A program made the position numbers and the translations under genes. Under the pieces are notes generated by a model. The model saw only the letters and a list, made by a program, of their open reading frames with translations. It was not told the origin of the DNA and searched no databases. Of a stretch of DNA of 64,000 nucleotides, positions 1 to 11,305 are shown piece by piece. Position 1 is the first letter of the stretch. Each line of letters begins with the position of its first letter. Location of the stretch: the NCBI GenBank assembly GCA_964188305.1, contig OZ076887.1; one strand, given 5' to 3'. The DNA comes from Podarcis bocagei (Eukaryota).

Positions 1-300
1 AAAGTGTTATAAGAGTGCTTTAAACATATAGTGTGGATGCAACAGAGTAACATTCAATTTGGCAACTGATATCTCCCTCTACTCCACCAGATTACTTCTA
101 CCACTTTCTGGGGGAGACATATCAACAGACTGGTATGCTTTCTTAATGCTTCTTGAGTTTGGCATTTGGTGGCCTTCATAATTTGGACTTTCAGAGAGTT
201 GACTGTATAACCAAGTTCCATTAAACTTTAGAAGGTATTTAGAAGCAGAAGCAGTGGGATTTAGAACATACATTCTAACTATCCTAAATAAATTAATGTA

Positions 301-542
301 CAGTGGTACCTCAGGTTACAGACACTTCAGGTTACAGATGCTTCAGGTTACAGACTCCACTAACCCAGAAATAGTACCTCGGGTTAAAAACTTTGCTTCA
401 GGATGAGAACAGAAATTGTGCTCCGACGGCGTCGCGATAGCAGGAGGCCCCATTAGCTAGAGTGCTACCTCAGGTTAAGAACAGTTTCAGGTTAAGAATG
501 GACCTCCAGAACGAATTAAGTTCTTAACCCGAGGTACCACTG
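301..542 (+). mobile_element. Tc1/mariner(Tigger)-type MITE, subfamily A
   Basis: TIRs CAGTGGTACCTC...GAGGTACCACTG, TA duplication on both sides, internal ttcaggttaca repeats, 242 bp. Strand is arbitrary, relative to the other copies. Confidence 0.93.
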
Positions 543-1336
543 TATATGACAAAGGCTTAAAATCAGTCTCCCTGAGACCCATCCATTTTATCCATTACAT
601 GTGTAAGATGTGAAACTAAACAGAGCTCTTTCATGAGGTGCTGGTTCTCTTAATTTTATGCACAATTCTCTCGAGACAAAATATTTTCTTTTAAGCAGAA
701 TTAGTCTCGTTGAAGTGAATGGAATTGAACGGGCTTAAGTCCAAGATTTTCATCTTAACAGGATTGTGGATTGGGCTGTGTGAAGGTCAAAAGCTGCTGC
801 ACTCTCACCGGCAAGCATTTGTCTAATAAAAATTGTCACCCACTTTGCTTCTCACGCTCTGGGACAAACATGGCAGTAAGCCCGGGTATAACAATGTAAG
901 TAAAGACAGAATCTGAGTCAATGATTCTTCCTTAATTGTCAATCCTCAGTATTGAAGTCCTAGTAGCCATTTCCACCTTTACATTAACTAATAAATCCCA
1001 AGTGCATTTTAAAAAGGTATATTTTGCCTCAGTGCTGAGAGCTCAATAACTTCAAGTGTTCTGAATTGATATGTATTAATATTCATTAAATAGGCTTGAA
1101 AATATACCTCCCCGATACACACATTTCTGTATCTGATCAGTGGATGTCTAAAAAAAATAGAGGTAGTAAATCACGAGACTAAATAGCCAGGGAGAAGATG
1201 TGTGTACTGTTTTACAGTTTGCAAAATAGTTCAGCATGCAAAACTACTGAAAAAAATTAAAGCCTTCAGTGTGTTACACTGCTTAAAATGTTAGATATGT
1301 GGTGGAAATATTCTGGTAATACTTTTGATTGAAATA

Positions 1337-1515
1337 CCATATTTACTCGAATCTAATGTTCACCTTTTTTGGCCAAATTACGTTGTGAAAATTAATGAGC
1401 GCATTAGAATCGATGGCACATTTACATTCGCCAGCAAATACTTTTTTTGTTTCAAGGTTCTGAAAATTGAGGTGCGCATTAGATTCAATGGCACATTAGA
1501 CTCGAGTAAATATGA
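1337..1515. mobile_element. Second Tc1/pogo-like MITE family
   Basis: Imperfect TIRs CCATATTTACTCGAATCTAATG / CATTAGACTCGAGTAAATATGA flanked by TA; internal repeat gcgcattaga(a/t)tc(g/a)atggcacatt occurs twice. Confidence 0.8.
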
Positions 1516-3009
1516 TAAATAGGATGAATGAATAAGTTCAATAGATTTAAAATCTGGTGATGTGTATGAGGTGAAGAATAAGTGAATTGATGCAGTTGCT
1601 GAAATTGGTTTTATTTGTAGATATAAGTCTCACAGTCAAGAAGGTAGGCGAGGCAGTTCAATCGAGGTCTTCTGGGAACCTTTCCCCAGACAACTAATAT
1701 GCAGTAGAATTCAGGTGGTAGAAGGCTGTAGTAGTGATTGAATAGGCTGCACCACAATAGCTTGTGAAGGGGAAGGGTTGCCAGCATTCTGCTATGTCAG
1801 CGTTGTGTAAGCCTACAAACATTGCTACCTGCAAACATTCTTACTAGCCTGCTGAGAGCTGGCAGGAGAGGGACAAAGAGTTTGGTCCCCTTCCAGCAGC
1901 CCACCTGTTTCTGTGTTGGGTTTGGCGGAAGGGGCGTTCCTCCTTTGGCAGCCCACTAAACAAAGGAGGTACATAGCACTAAATCCCTCCTCTGCCAGCC
2001 CACTCCCTCGCCTGCATTCAAATTTGTATACTCGCCTGCATGCAATTCATTGTCATGTGTGGGCTACCAGGCAACTGCAGAAATCAAGGTTATCTTACCT
2101 CATTTTGCTGCATGCTTAGATTACTCAAAGTATCAAAATTCCCTGCGTCTAGACTCTATTAACAGTAATGCAAATTCTGGATCAGGCCTGATTCTGTAAA
2201 CAGATCAGTACTGCTCTGTGCCAATCTCCCATTTTTATATCCTTGGCCACTGACCAATGGATACAGAATGCCTACCTAGAACTATCCAAATGATTACTAG
2301 TCCAAGTGGATCTCTAATGAGTCCTTTGTGATACTTTTTTTTAATGAGTCACATAATCCTAATCTTTGGATGGCATTATTGCAACTTGATCCATAGCTCT
2401 GCCACTTGTACCGCCAGGGTAAAAGGTGTTGGGGACAGTAAAAATGTCCCTTTGGTATGCCAGCTCCCATCCTGGCAAAGTGAAGAAGCCCAGATCAGAC
2501 CCATTGCTTTTACTTGGTGCCAGCAGGGCCAGTTCAGGATCCAGTGGATCCTGTGCCAGCCCAGCCCCCATTTCAGGAGTCTCCACTGCCTACCGCTAGT
2601 GGGGAAGCAGCTCGTGATAGCTTCCTCCAACCTGCCATTTGGGTGGGCACACCAGGACCTCTCCTTGCTGGCAGAGCTGCCCTGCTGACAGAGCAAGACA
2701 GAGCAGGGTAGAGACACACCTCCTCTTCATCCAATTGCTCCCCCGCATGGTGAATTGAGGTGTTGGATTTTCTGTATTTTCAATTGACTTTGCAAACAAA
2801 AATACCAAATCCCCCCCCCCCAAAAAAAGAGATAAATGGGAAAGTAGGGATGGGAACTTATTTGGTTGCATCTTAAAGTAATCCCCTTTTCTCAGTTACC
2901 CACTGTTAATATTCCCCCCCTCGTGCCAGCAATTCTGCATATTTATGGAAAGCTGAAGAGGAGGAAACCTTTGCTAGCCTGTCTTGACACCTGTATAGCA
3001 TATACTGTC

Positions 3010-3250
3010 AACTATGATAAATGGAACAGAAATATAAACACTTGAACAGAAGCTGAAAGCTACAGAGAGAAACACAAAAGGATGAATAGTTGATATCAGA
3101 GAAAAAGCAAAACAAATGGGTCTTGGAGTAAACAAACTAGAATGACATATTGAAAACTGTGAAGTACTGAGGCTGCGGTGGCAAAGAGCCAGCAAAAGGA
3201 ACAGATGGAATATGGTGCATAATTCATAACCAAATACTAATAAAATAAAA
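3010..3250 (+). mobile_element. Highly decayed RTE-type LINE fragment
   Basis: Frame-broken translation LEQKLKATERN...WVLE*T..NDILKTVK...NRW resembles the post-RT region of RTE-clade ORFs. Confidence 0.4.
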
Positions 3251-6200
3251 TGGTGCATCACACATATTGTTGAAGATTATGATGGATGTCAACCAGTAAT
3301 CTAACAATGCTATTTATAGGTTTCTCTCTTACTCATACCTATATTCAGATTTCTCATTTTTTATTATTCTTTAATTTCCCTTTATACATATAAAAAAATA
3401 AAATTGAGAAATGAAAGGGGAATAGGGGCTTTCAGCTCCAGATAGCAGTGCTGAAAAACATCTTGGCGTAGAAAGTAATTTTTTACCAGGAATGTGACCA
3501 TATAGTAATAGAACTTGTAACTGTTGAAATCTCACCAAATAAGATAGTATGTTCTTCTTTCTATATTCACTCATCCTCAGACTGTGGGGAAGAAGAAGAG
3601 TTACATGGTCCCTTGAGATGTTGATTGAAAACAATGCTCTTACTTTACATTTTCAAGGAACTCTTTCCACCTCAGTTAGTTTTCCAGGGAACCCCTGTAC
3701 ATTTCCCAGGGAACCTGTGCTGTACACTTGATTCAGAAGTGTGTCCTTGAGGACAAAGTTTATACATAGCACTGGCTAGGTTTCCTGAGCCTCACCATTA
3801 CTCCATGTAAATAAATGCTTTGGTCACAGCACTCCCCTGTGGTTCCATGTTGCTGGAGAAAATCAGCAATGGCAAACAAGCCATTCAGGGAAGCTTGTGG
3901 AGATTTATGGATTTTATCCTTGAGGAACTTCTGGCGAGTTTCTGAAGGACACCAGTAATCTTCAGAATGCACTGTGAAAACCACCATTCTAAGACACCAA
4001 TGGAAAGAACTTTGGGAATTGTTGGTGATTACTTCCATAAATTTCACTGTCAATCAATCATTAGTCCTATTCAGAAATTCAGCTATACATCAGCCTAAAC
4101 ACATATAGGGGGACTTGTTTTTTTGCAGGCTTCTCAGATATGTGGTGTGCTTGCACATTTTCACTTGAATGTGCATAGCTGCCCCTTTACAGATACGTTG
4201 GTCTCAAAGCATGGTGTTTAGGGTGCGATTATATGTAGTGAACAATTTCTCAATAGGGCTCAGGTACCTTCTTAAATTGTGTTAGGAAAGAGTTCCTGCT
4301 TCCCCTTAGGAATTCCTTTGGACTGTGATCATCTCTGGACTAGAATGCACATTGGTCACCAGTGATCTGATTCATTACCATAGTCTTTTGGGTACTACCC
4401 ACATCATTGGCCTGTGGGGAAGCTGGTGTGGTTACATCTCATGTAAGTTTTCCCTCCTACATGATTTTAATATCTTACTGTAGACTTTTTATTATAGTTT
4501 GCCAAAGAGCTATGGGATCGAGTCATGGGAAACAGCAACTATGCTATTCTGGGAATGTATGATATTGACATCCTTATAAATAGGTTGCTTATAACCTTGG
4601 ATCATGTCTACCAGATTCCCTTATGGTTCCAGTTCTTCCCATGGATATTCTTTGAAGCCCATGTTTCCCATGATACCTGCTTTACTGTGTACAAGTCAGA
4701 GAACTAGCATAAGGAGACAGAATATAACAGCTAGCATGAAGCTTGGATGTTTCTGGATCAGAACTTTTCTTGCCTTTATAAGTCTTAGTCAGTGTTATAG
4801 CTGGTGTAAGTCTCATCATAACACAGAGCTGATCTGGAGATTTCAGCTAGTGCCTGACTGGTAATCTGGTATTGCTTTTAACTTATCAGTGGAAAGATGT
4901 TAATTTTAAAGGAATTAGTTTGAAATATTCTCACACGCACAAGTCATCAGGACTGCCTTGTAAGTGTTATTTGATTTTTTTTAAACTACAGCAAATTGGC
5001 AGGTTTAAATTCTTTTTTTCTGCATGTAGATTGAATCTGATGGAGCCCTACTCTGATGGCGCTAAAACAAAGGGGTGGGGGGTGGGACCAGCAAATTTGT
5101 ATAAACTGTATGCCCCCCCCGACATTCCTAGAGTACATAATTTAACCTGGGGTTAAGCTTTTAATAGTGGGGTCTTAATAATTCTTTCCTCTTCCTCCCC
5201 TCTTGAGGTTAGCTTCCTTTACAGAAAATCATGCTAGATATTTTGTTTTGTTTTAAATTAGTCCCCCCGTCCCCCCGGCCCATGACATGTGACAGTTTAA
5301 GGGTGGTTTTTTTGTTTTTGTTTTTGGTAGGGACAGGTGTTTATGTGACAGCATTCCCCACAGGATCTTGGGGGACTGCAGTGGAAAGTGTTGAACCGCT
5401 GAATGGTAAGGCTGTTCTTTTGTATGGCTTAGAAATCTCTGTTGTCCAGAATTGTACAGATAAGGCAAACCCATTTGCTTCATTGTCAGGCAGTTCAGCG
5501 GAATAGAAATGCAAATGTGACATAAGGGTGCTATGCTGGAGTGGGGGGAGAGTTGTGCTGCTACTTTCTCTTTAACAGGCTTCCTGGTTGTAAGAAAATT
5601 CCCATAGATGCCAGGATTTATTTATTTTTTAATTAGCCACAGGTTAAAGAAAAAGCTGTCTGAAAGGAAACGTATCTCTCTCACAAGATGCCTTGATTTT
5701 TATGTGGTGCTGTTTTTAACTCCCTTATCCAGTGCAACATAAACAGCTCAGACTAAATTGGGAGCATCTTTGCACCACACTGTTGGACAAATATATTTTT
5801 GGTAAAACTGATTTGGCCCTTTCATTGTTTGCCTTTCATTATATAGCAAGTGTCGGATACAGAATTGGTATGCATTCAAACTAGCGATAGGACTGTAGCC
5901 AGGTTTTTATTATATATATTGCACAGGTCAGGCCTATTAACCACAGAATAATAGCAAGTCAGTGATCTAAGGGGGAGCTCTTCAGCTGGGATGGACTAAC
6001 CTAACTGAGGTCAGGAGCTAGACCCCTGCACTTCCAAGTGTAGCTGTAGCCTGATTTGCAAGTGTGTCTACTGGGAAAATAAACGAGCCGAGCCGTGTAA
6101 GCTAGGAAAAAAGGCAAGACGGTCTTTTCATCTTGAATCTCTGTTTTCGTAGTGGCTGAAGACAAAAAAATTCTGATTTGCTTTAAGTACTTGACTTCAT

Positions 6201-6619
6201 CTAGAAACTTTTAATTCAATCACTTGTTTCGAAGGAACATGATATACAAGGAACTAATTCAATATGACTTTGAGAATTTATTTAGATAGTTACTGAAAGA
6301 GAAATCATTCTTGTTTTACTGCCGAATGTATTACTGAGGACAGACTTAATGATTTCAAAAAACAAATATGAATGGTACAAAAGGAAATGGACAATCAAGT
6401 GTTACCAAAATATTTTGTTGTCCTTTTGTTAATGCCTTGTCTGATGGCATCATATTATATTTGCATTTTTAAAAAGCAGTCTGACCCTGAAGTCTGAAGT
6501 GTTATACAGTCACTTTGAAGATCACAGCTGATGTTGTGGTGAAATATTTCACACCATGGGTCTGGTACTGAATAAACTTTTATTTAGCCTTAAGTTTAAC
6601 AGGGAGAGCATTAAAATTA

Positions 6620-6950
6620 GATGTGCAGGAGAAGCACTGGTGGTGGTTCTCACATCTAATGAGATTTGTGGGGTGGGGGCCCATGGGCAGGATTTCTTTG
6701 TAGTGGTCCCTCACCTTTGGAATGACCTACTCTCTGAGGTATCTCTCGCCATGACATTGATGTTGTTTCCGCAGCAGGCACATCTCTTTTCTCAGGATTT
6801 GGGGAAGGAGGTATAGCGGGCATTTCTGTTGCTGCAGCTACGTCTATTTGTAATCGTAATCTGTATTGCTTACTTAATTTTATTGCCCTTAATTTTGGTT
6901 TAGATTGCACATATTTCTGACATGGGACTTGTGGGTAAAGGGTTTGTTAA
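6620..6950 (+). mobile_element. Old L2-type LINE 3' fragment
   Basis: ORF 6556-6816 contains FFVVVPHLWNDL...LFSQ, a decayed L2 ORF2 C-terminal motif, followed by a T-rich 3'UTR. Confidence 0.65.
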
Positions 6951-7179
6951 AAAGCACCTTTTCTATTAAAGCAACTTTTTTACTTCTGTTGCCAGTGAAT
7001 CACATGTTTTGAGGTGCTGAGTGTCACTGTAAGGAGAGTAGCTTCAGGAAGAGTCCAAGATTTCACCAGAAAGTTTTGTCACAGAGATTGCAGTGCTTCT
7101 ACCTTCAATTGATATTTCTTGAAAATTGAAGGGTATCATGAATTTTTCCTTGGTTGCTTACATAAAACTTAATGTGCAT

Positions 7180-7295
7180 TAAGAACATAAGAGCCTGCTG
7201 GATCAGGCCAATGGCCTGTCTACTTCAGCATCCTGTTCTCAAGAATGGCCAACTAGAAGCCTGTGGGAAGTCTGCAAGCGGGACGTGAGTACAAC
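7180..7295 (-). mobile_element. CR1-like LINE 3' end fragment
   Basis: aagaacataagagcctgctggatcaggcc... is a common squamate CR1-like 3' terminus; a related decayed copy lies on + at ~11240-11305. Confidence 0.6.
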
Positions 7296-7386
7296 TCATT
7301 CCATCTCAGGTCACACACACTCAACCCCCCCCCCCCATATTGCTTCAGAATCTTTTCTCTGGAGATGCCATATTTGAAATGAATTG

Positions 7387-7713
7387 GTAAAGGTAAAGGG
7401 ACCCCTGACCATTAGGTCCAGTCGCAGATGACTCTGGGGTTGCGGCGCTCATCTCACTTCATTGGCCAAGGGAGCTGGCGTACAGCTTCCAGGTCATGTG
7501 GCCAGAATGACTAAGCCACTTCTGGCAAACCAGAGCTGCACATGGAAACGCCGTTTACCTTCCCGCTGGACGTGCTTTCGAACTGCTAGGTTGGCAGGAG
7601 CTGGGACCGAGCAACGGGAGCTCACCCCATTGCGGGGATTCGAACCGCCGACCTTCTGATCAGCAAGCCCGAGGCTCTGTGGTTTTAACCCACAGTGCCA
7701 CCTGCGTCCCAGC
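7387..7713 (-). mobile_element. Sauria SINE (near full length, internal deletion)
   Basis: Reverse complement of the 8602 copy; (ACCTTT)n tail; 11-bp TSD GAAATGAATTG at 7376-7386 and 7714-7724. Confidence 0.93.
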
Positions 7714-8601
7714 GAAATGAATTGAGCTTTCTATTAAAGGCTCCAGTGATAATTTTCTGCCCAATTAAGTTGTACTGGAGATTATTTGTATACATTTCAA
7801 GTGGAAAAACACACATTTTCCTAACTTATATGATTATTTAATTCTGTATTTTGTATGTGTACTAAAGATCAACACCATCTCTATAGCCACTATGGCAGAA
7901 GACTAAAGACATACATTTAATAGTGGGTCTCCAGTTACGTACATGAAGAGTATTCAAGGTTGGGGCAGGGGAATTCAAACCCAATCTGATAGGTGAAAGG
8001 TGACAAAGCTTAGGAGGAGCCAGTTTCAATTAATTACAGAGATATTAAGTCAAAGATAAGTACTGCAGGTGAGGAGAGTATTGAAAGAAAGAGAGAGGTT
8101 AAGACAAGACAATAGTATCTTTGACATGTAGCTACATCAGGTTACATTCAGACTCGCAAGGGATACAGAGTCTCTATTTGGGGATGCGGTATCAACTGTA
8201 ACAAGGGATCAATATTTTGGTATTAACTGTTGCATAATAATTTTCCAGTTTTACAAGATGATGTGCATCTTGATCATTCCTTGCTTTCAGGTGTTCATTG
8301 GGCTATTTTTATGTTACATTTAATTGTTTTTATTAGTAGCACAGAAATTTAGTAGCTTTTTGCATATTTTCTATTAGCTACGTAAAACTATTTCCACTAG
8401 CAGCTCCCCTGTCAGAAGGAAAAAAGAAACAATTGTTTTCCAGAAGCCATTTCTTCATATTAAGAATGAGAAAAACTGCAGACTTTTTTCAAATTAGCAG
8501 GCGTATGACTTAGTCTGGTAAGAAAGGGAGTATTAGTATTTATATATTACAAAGTTAACTCTGTTGACCGGTGCTGAATAATTGTATAGGCCTGACTGAT
8601 C

Positions 8602-8954
8602 GGGATGCGGGTGGCGCTGTGGGTTAAACCACAGAGCCTAGGACTTGCCGATCAGAAGGTCAGTGGTTCGAATTCCCACGACAGGGTGAGCTCCCATTGC
8701 TCAGTCCCTGCTCCTGCCAACCTAGCAGTTCAAAAGCACGTCAAAGTGCAAGTAGATAAATAGGTAACACTCTGGCGGGAAGGTAAACGGCGTTTCCGTG
8801 CGCTGCTCTGGTTTGCCAGAAGCGGCTTAGTCATGCTGGCCACATGACCTGGAAGCTGTACGCCGGCTCCCTCGGCCAATAAAGCAAAATGAGCGCCGCA
8901 ACCCCAGAGTCGGTCACGTCTGGACCTAATGGTCAGGGGTCCCTTTACCTTTAA
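8602..8954 (+). mobile_element. Sauria SINE (full length)
   Basis: tRNA-like head with A box (TGGCGCTGTGG) and B box (GGTTCGAATTC); ccctttaccttta tail; 10-bp TSD CTGACTGATC at 8592-8601 and 8955-8964. Confidence 0.95.
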
Positions 8955-9554
8955 CTGACTGATCAATAGAAATGAACAATAATGGAAATGTCTAGCTGCA
9001 AAAAGATCACATTTAAGAGTACATTATATTGCCTGGGTTAGTGCAAATGTGCAAGCTACCAGGGAGGAGGTGGCTGCTTCACAACTGCCATTTCATTTTG
9101 CAGCTGCACTGCAGCTTGCTTACTATGTTGTCTGAACCTGGGCTTGTGGTTTAGCTCTCCCAGATGAACCATGAGCTACAAGTCTAGAAAAAAACCTTGG
9201 TTACAGCTGGATGGAAATCATGAGCCTGAGTTTGGATGGCATGCTAAGTCAATGCATGGCTTAGCTCAGTGCTGCACAGCAGCACAACAGCTGTGATCTC
9301 TTGACAAGAGCCCACATGCTCTGCATTCGCACTAAGCCATAATCTATGCACTAAGCACAGCTATGTGGGTTGTAACAATAGCGCCATTTGTGTTCAATAC
9401 AGCTGAAAAATCCTGAGTTAAAATATATTATTTTCCCTTAAAAGTTCTTGTTATCATCAGGTGGTATAGTTCCTGTATAAATTGCATGGATAATGTTTTC
9501 TGCTTGAAATCTATATGGTCATAATTCTGTTGGGGGTAGGGATACAATTAGGTA

Positions 9555-9742
9555 GAAATCCTATAAATATTTACCTGGGTGTAATACTCACTGAAGTAAA
9601 TAGAGCTTGTATCTGAGTAGGCAGGTATGCTATTACACTCAAATCCTGCCATGGCTTAGGCTGCAATCCTAACCCATTTACAGGGAAGCAAGCCCCCCTG
9701 AATGAAATAAGACTTCTGAGTACGTATGCTTAGGATTGGACT
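9555..9742. repeat. Two tandem ~85-bp hairpin repeats (gctgcaatcct...aggattg family)
   Basis: Inverted termini caatcctaa / ttaggattg; related copies at ~17940-18199, 28680-28769, 33755-33838. Confidence 0.6.
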
Positions 9743-10577
9743 ATTAATTCCTACGTTCATGGCTTCATAAGGGTTAGGTGACTCGATTTTAAAAAATGTC
9801 AATCTTCATGCTCATGGCCAGTAATCTAAGTAGCAGATCAGGGGCTGATAGGATTAGTATAGGTTGACACAACCCAGAACAGTAAATGTAGCACTGACCT
9901 CAAATAGCTGGTACTTCTTCCTTTAGATGTTTTATTCATTAATTAGTTGCACTTAATCATCTTATAACAAAATTCTGTTGATAAATAAAATAATATTAAA
10001 ACCACAAACCCATTAAAAGTATCAATCAGTAATCAGCACAACTGTAAAACTAAACCAATAATAAAAGCAAATAGCAAAACAGATTCCAGCATAAGCCTAA
10101 AACAGCAAGGAATCATGCTTTCTCCACCACTTCTGCTTTAATGCTCTTTTAAAAGAATTCGATAAGTTTTGTCCAGTTTAGACAATAATGCTAAACAAAC
10201 GTTTAGCGCTATGTGAGTGAGCCTGAACAAAGTGTTGGGCTAGCATGCTCCTCCCACATTGCGGGGAGGAAAAGTTCCGCCCTGTTTAGTTTCACTTTCA
10301 CAGAATTCCAGTTTAGAGCTATGTTCTATCCAGGCATCCCAGTTTAAAACAAACTGGGTCCAATTTAATAAGTTTGCTTCATAATTCATGGTTTGAATTT
10401 GGCTTATTGCAAAACTGATCAGGGTTTGCTTTAAACTAGGATTGCTGGTTCAAAGCAAAGTTTCTTTAAAAGTGAATCAAAACTAGGCAAAAGTCTTCTT
10501 CCTGGCCATTCACTAGGAGGACAGGAGCACAGAGAAACCTGATAATTTGATAGGGCTCATTGAGGCTCTTTCACATA

Positions 10578-10818
10578 CAGTGGTACCTCAGGTTAAGTAC
10601 TTAATTTGTTCTGGAGGTCCATTCTTAACCTGAAACTGTTCTTAACCTGAAGCACCACTTAGCTAATGGGGCCTCCTGCTGCCGCCGCGCCGCCGGAGCA
10701 CGATTTCTGTTCTCATCCTGAAGCAAAGTTCTTAACCTGAAGCACTATTTCTGGGTTAGCGGAGTCTGTAACCTGAAGCGTATGTAACCTGAAGCGTATG
10801 TAACCTGAGGTACCACTG
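10578..10818 (-). mobile_element. Tc1/mariner-type MITE, subfamily A
   Basis: Same TIRs and TA TSD; reverse orientation relative to the copy at 301. Confidence 0.93.
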
Positions 10819-10895
10819 TAGTTCTAAACCATAGTTTAGGGTTTTGTGCTACTATGTCCCCATATTAGACGTGATAGTCATTTCAAGGCAGTATA

Positions 10896-11120
10896 CAGTG
10901 GTACCTTGGTTTATGAACTTAATCCATTCCGGAAATCCGTTCTTAAACCAAAACCGTTCTTAAACCGAGGCGCGCTTTCCCTAATGAGGCCTCCTGCTGC
11001 CGGTGCCCTTCCACCATTCAGATTCCATTCTTAGACCTAGGTAAAGTTCTCAAACGGGGATACTATTTCCAGTTTTGCGGAGTTTGTAAACCGGACTGTT
11101 CTTAAACCGAGATACCACTG
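10896..11120 (-). mobile_element. Tc1/mariner-type MITE, subfamily B
   Basis: CAGTGGTACCTTGG...CCGAGATACCACTG with TA TSD; internal repeats are ttaaacc rather than ttaacct. Confidence 0.9.
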
Positions 11121-11134
11121 TATTTCAGAACTTT

Positions 11135-11193
11135 GGGAACATACAGTGCCCTGCTTGTTGGCTTCCTAGAGTGAGACCTCCGGCATTTGGATG

Positions 11194-11236
<43 letters not shown>

Positions 11237-11305
11237 TTGGCTGGCTACTGCTGTAGATTGGATGGATCCTTGGCCTGATTGAGCAAAGCTCTTCTCACAT
11301 TCTTG
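11135..11305 (+). mobile_element. Decayed CR1-like 3' fragment containing an (AAT)n microsatellite
   Basis: gatggatccttggcctgattgagcaaagctcttctcacattctt resembles the reverse complement of 7180-7230. Confidence 0.45.
11196..11236. repeat. (AAT)n microsatellite
   Basis: Direct reading. Confidence 0.97.

Noticed and set aside
309-353. Short regularly spaced repeats (ttcaggttacaga x3) resembling a CRISPR array
   Set aside because: Subterminal repeats of a MITE in a vertebrate genome; no spacers or cas genes.
2344-2871. Several overlapping 65-114 aa ORFs in a GC-richer patch
   Set aside because: No recognisable domain or consistent splice structure; ORFs on both strands are expected from GC content.
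7462-7659. Recurrent 'GAGVQLPGHVA..MTKPLLANQS' ORFs (also 8730-8966, 39058-39369)
   Set aside because: Translations of Sauria SINE copies, not a protein family.
10846-11034. Similar ORFs 'VYELNPF.KSVLKPKPFLN' (also 34977-35183)
   Set aside because: Translations of non-coding MITE subfamily B.
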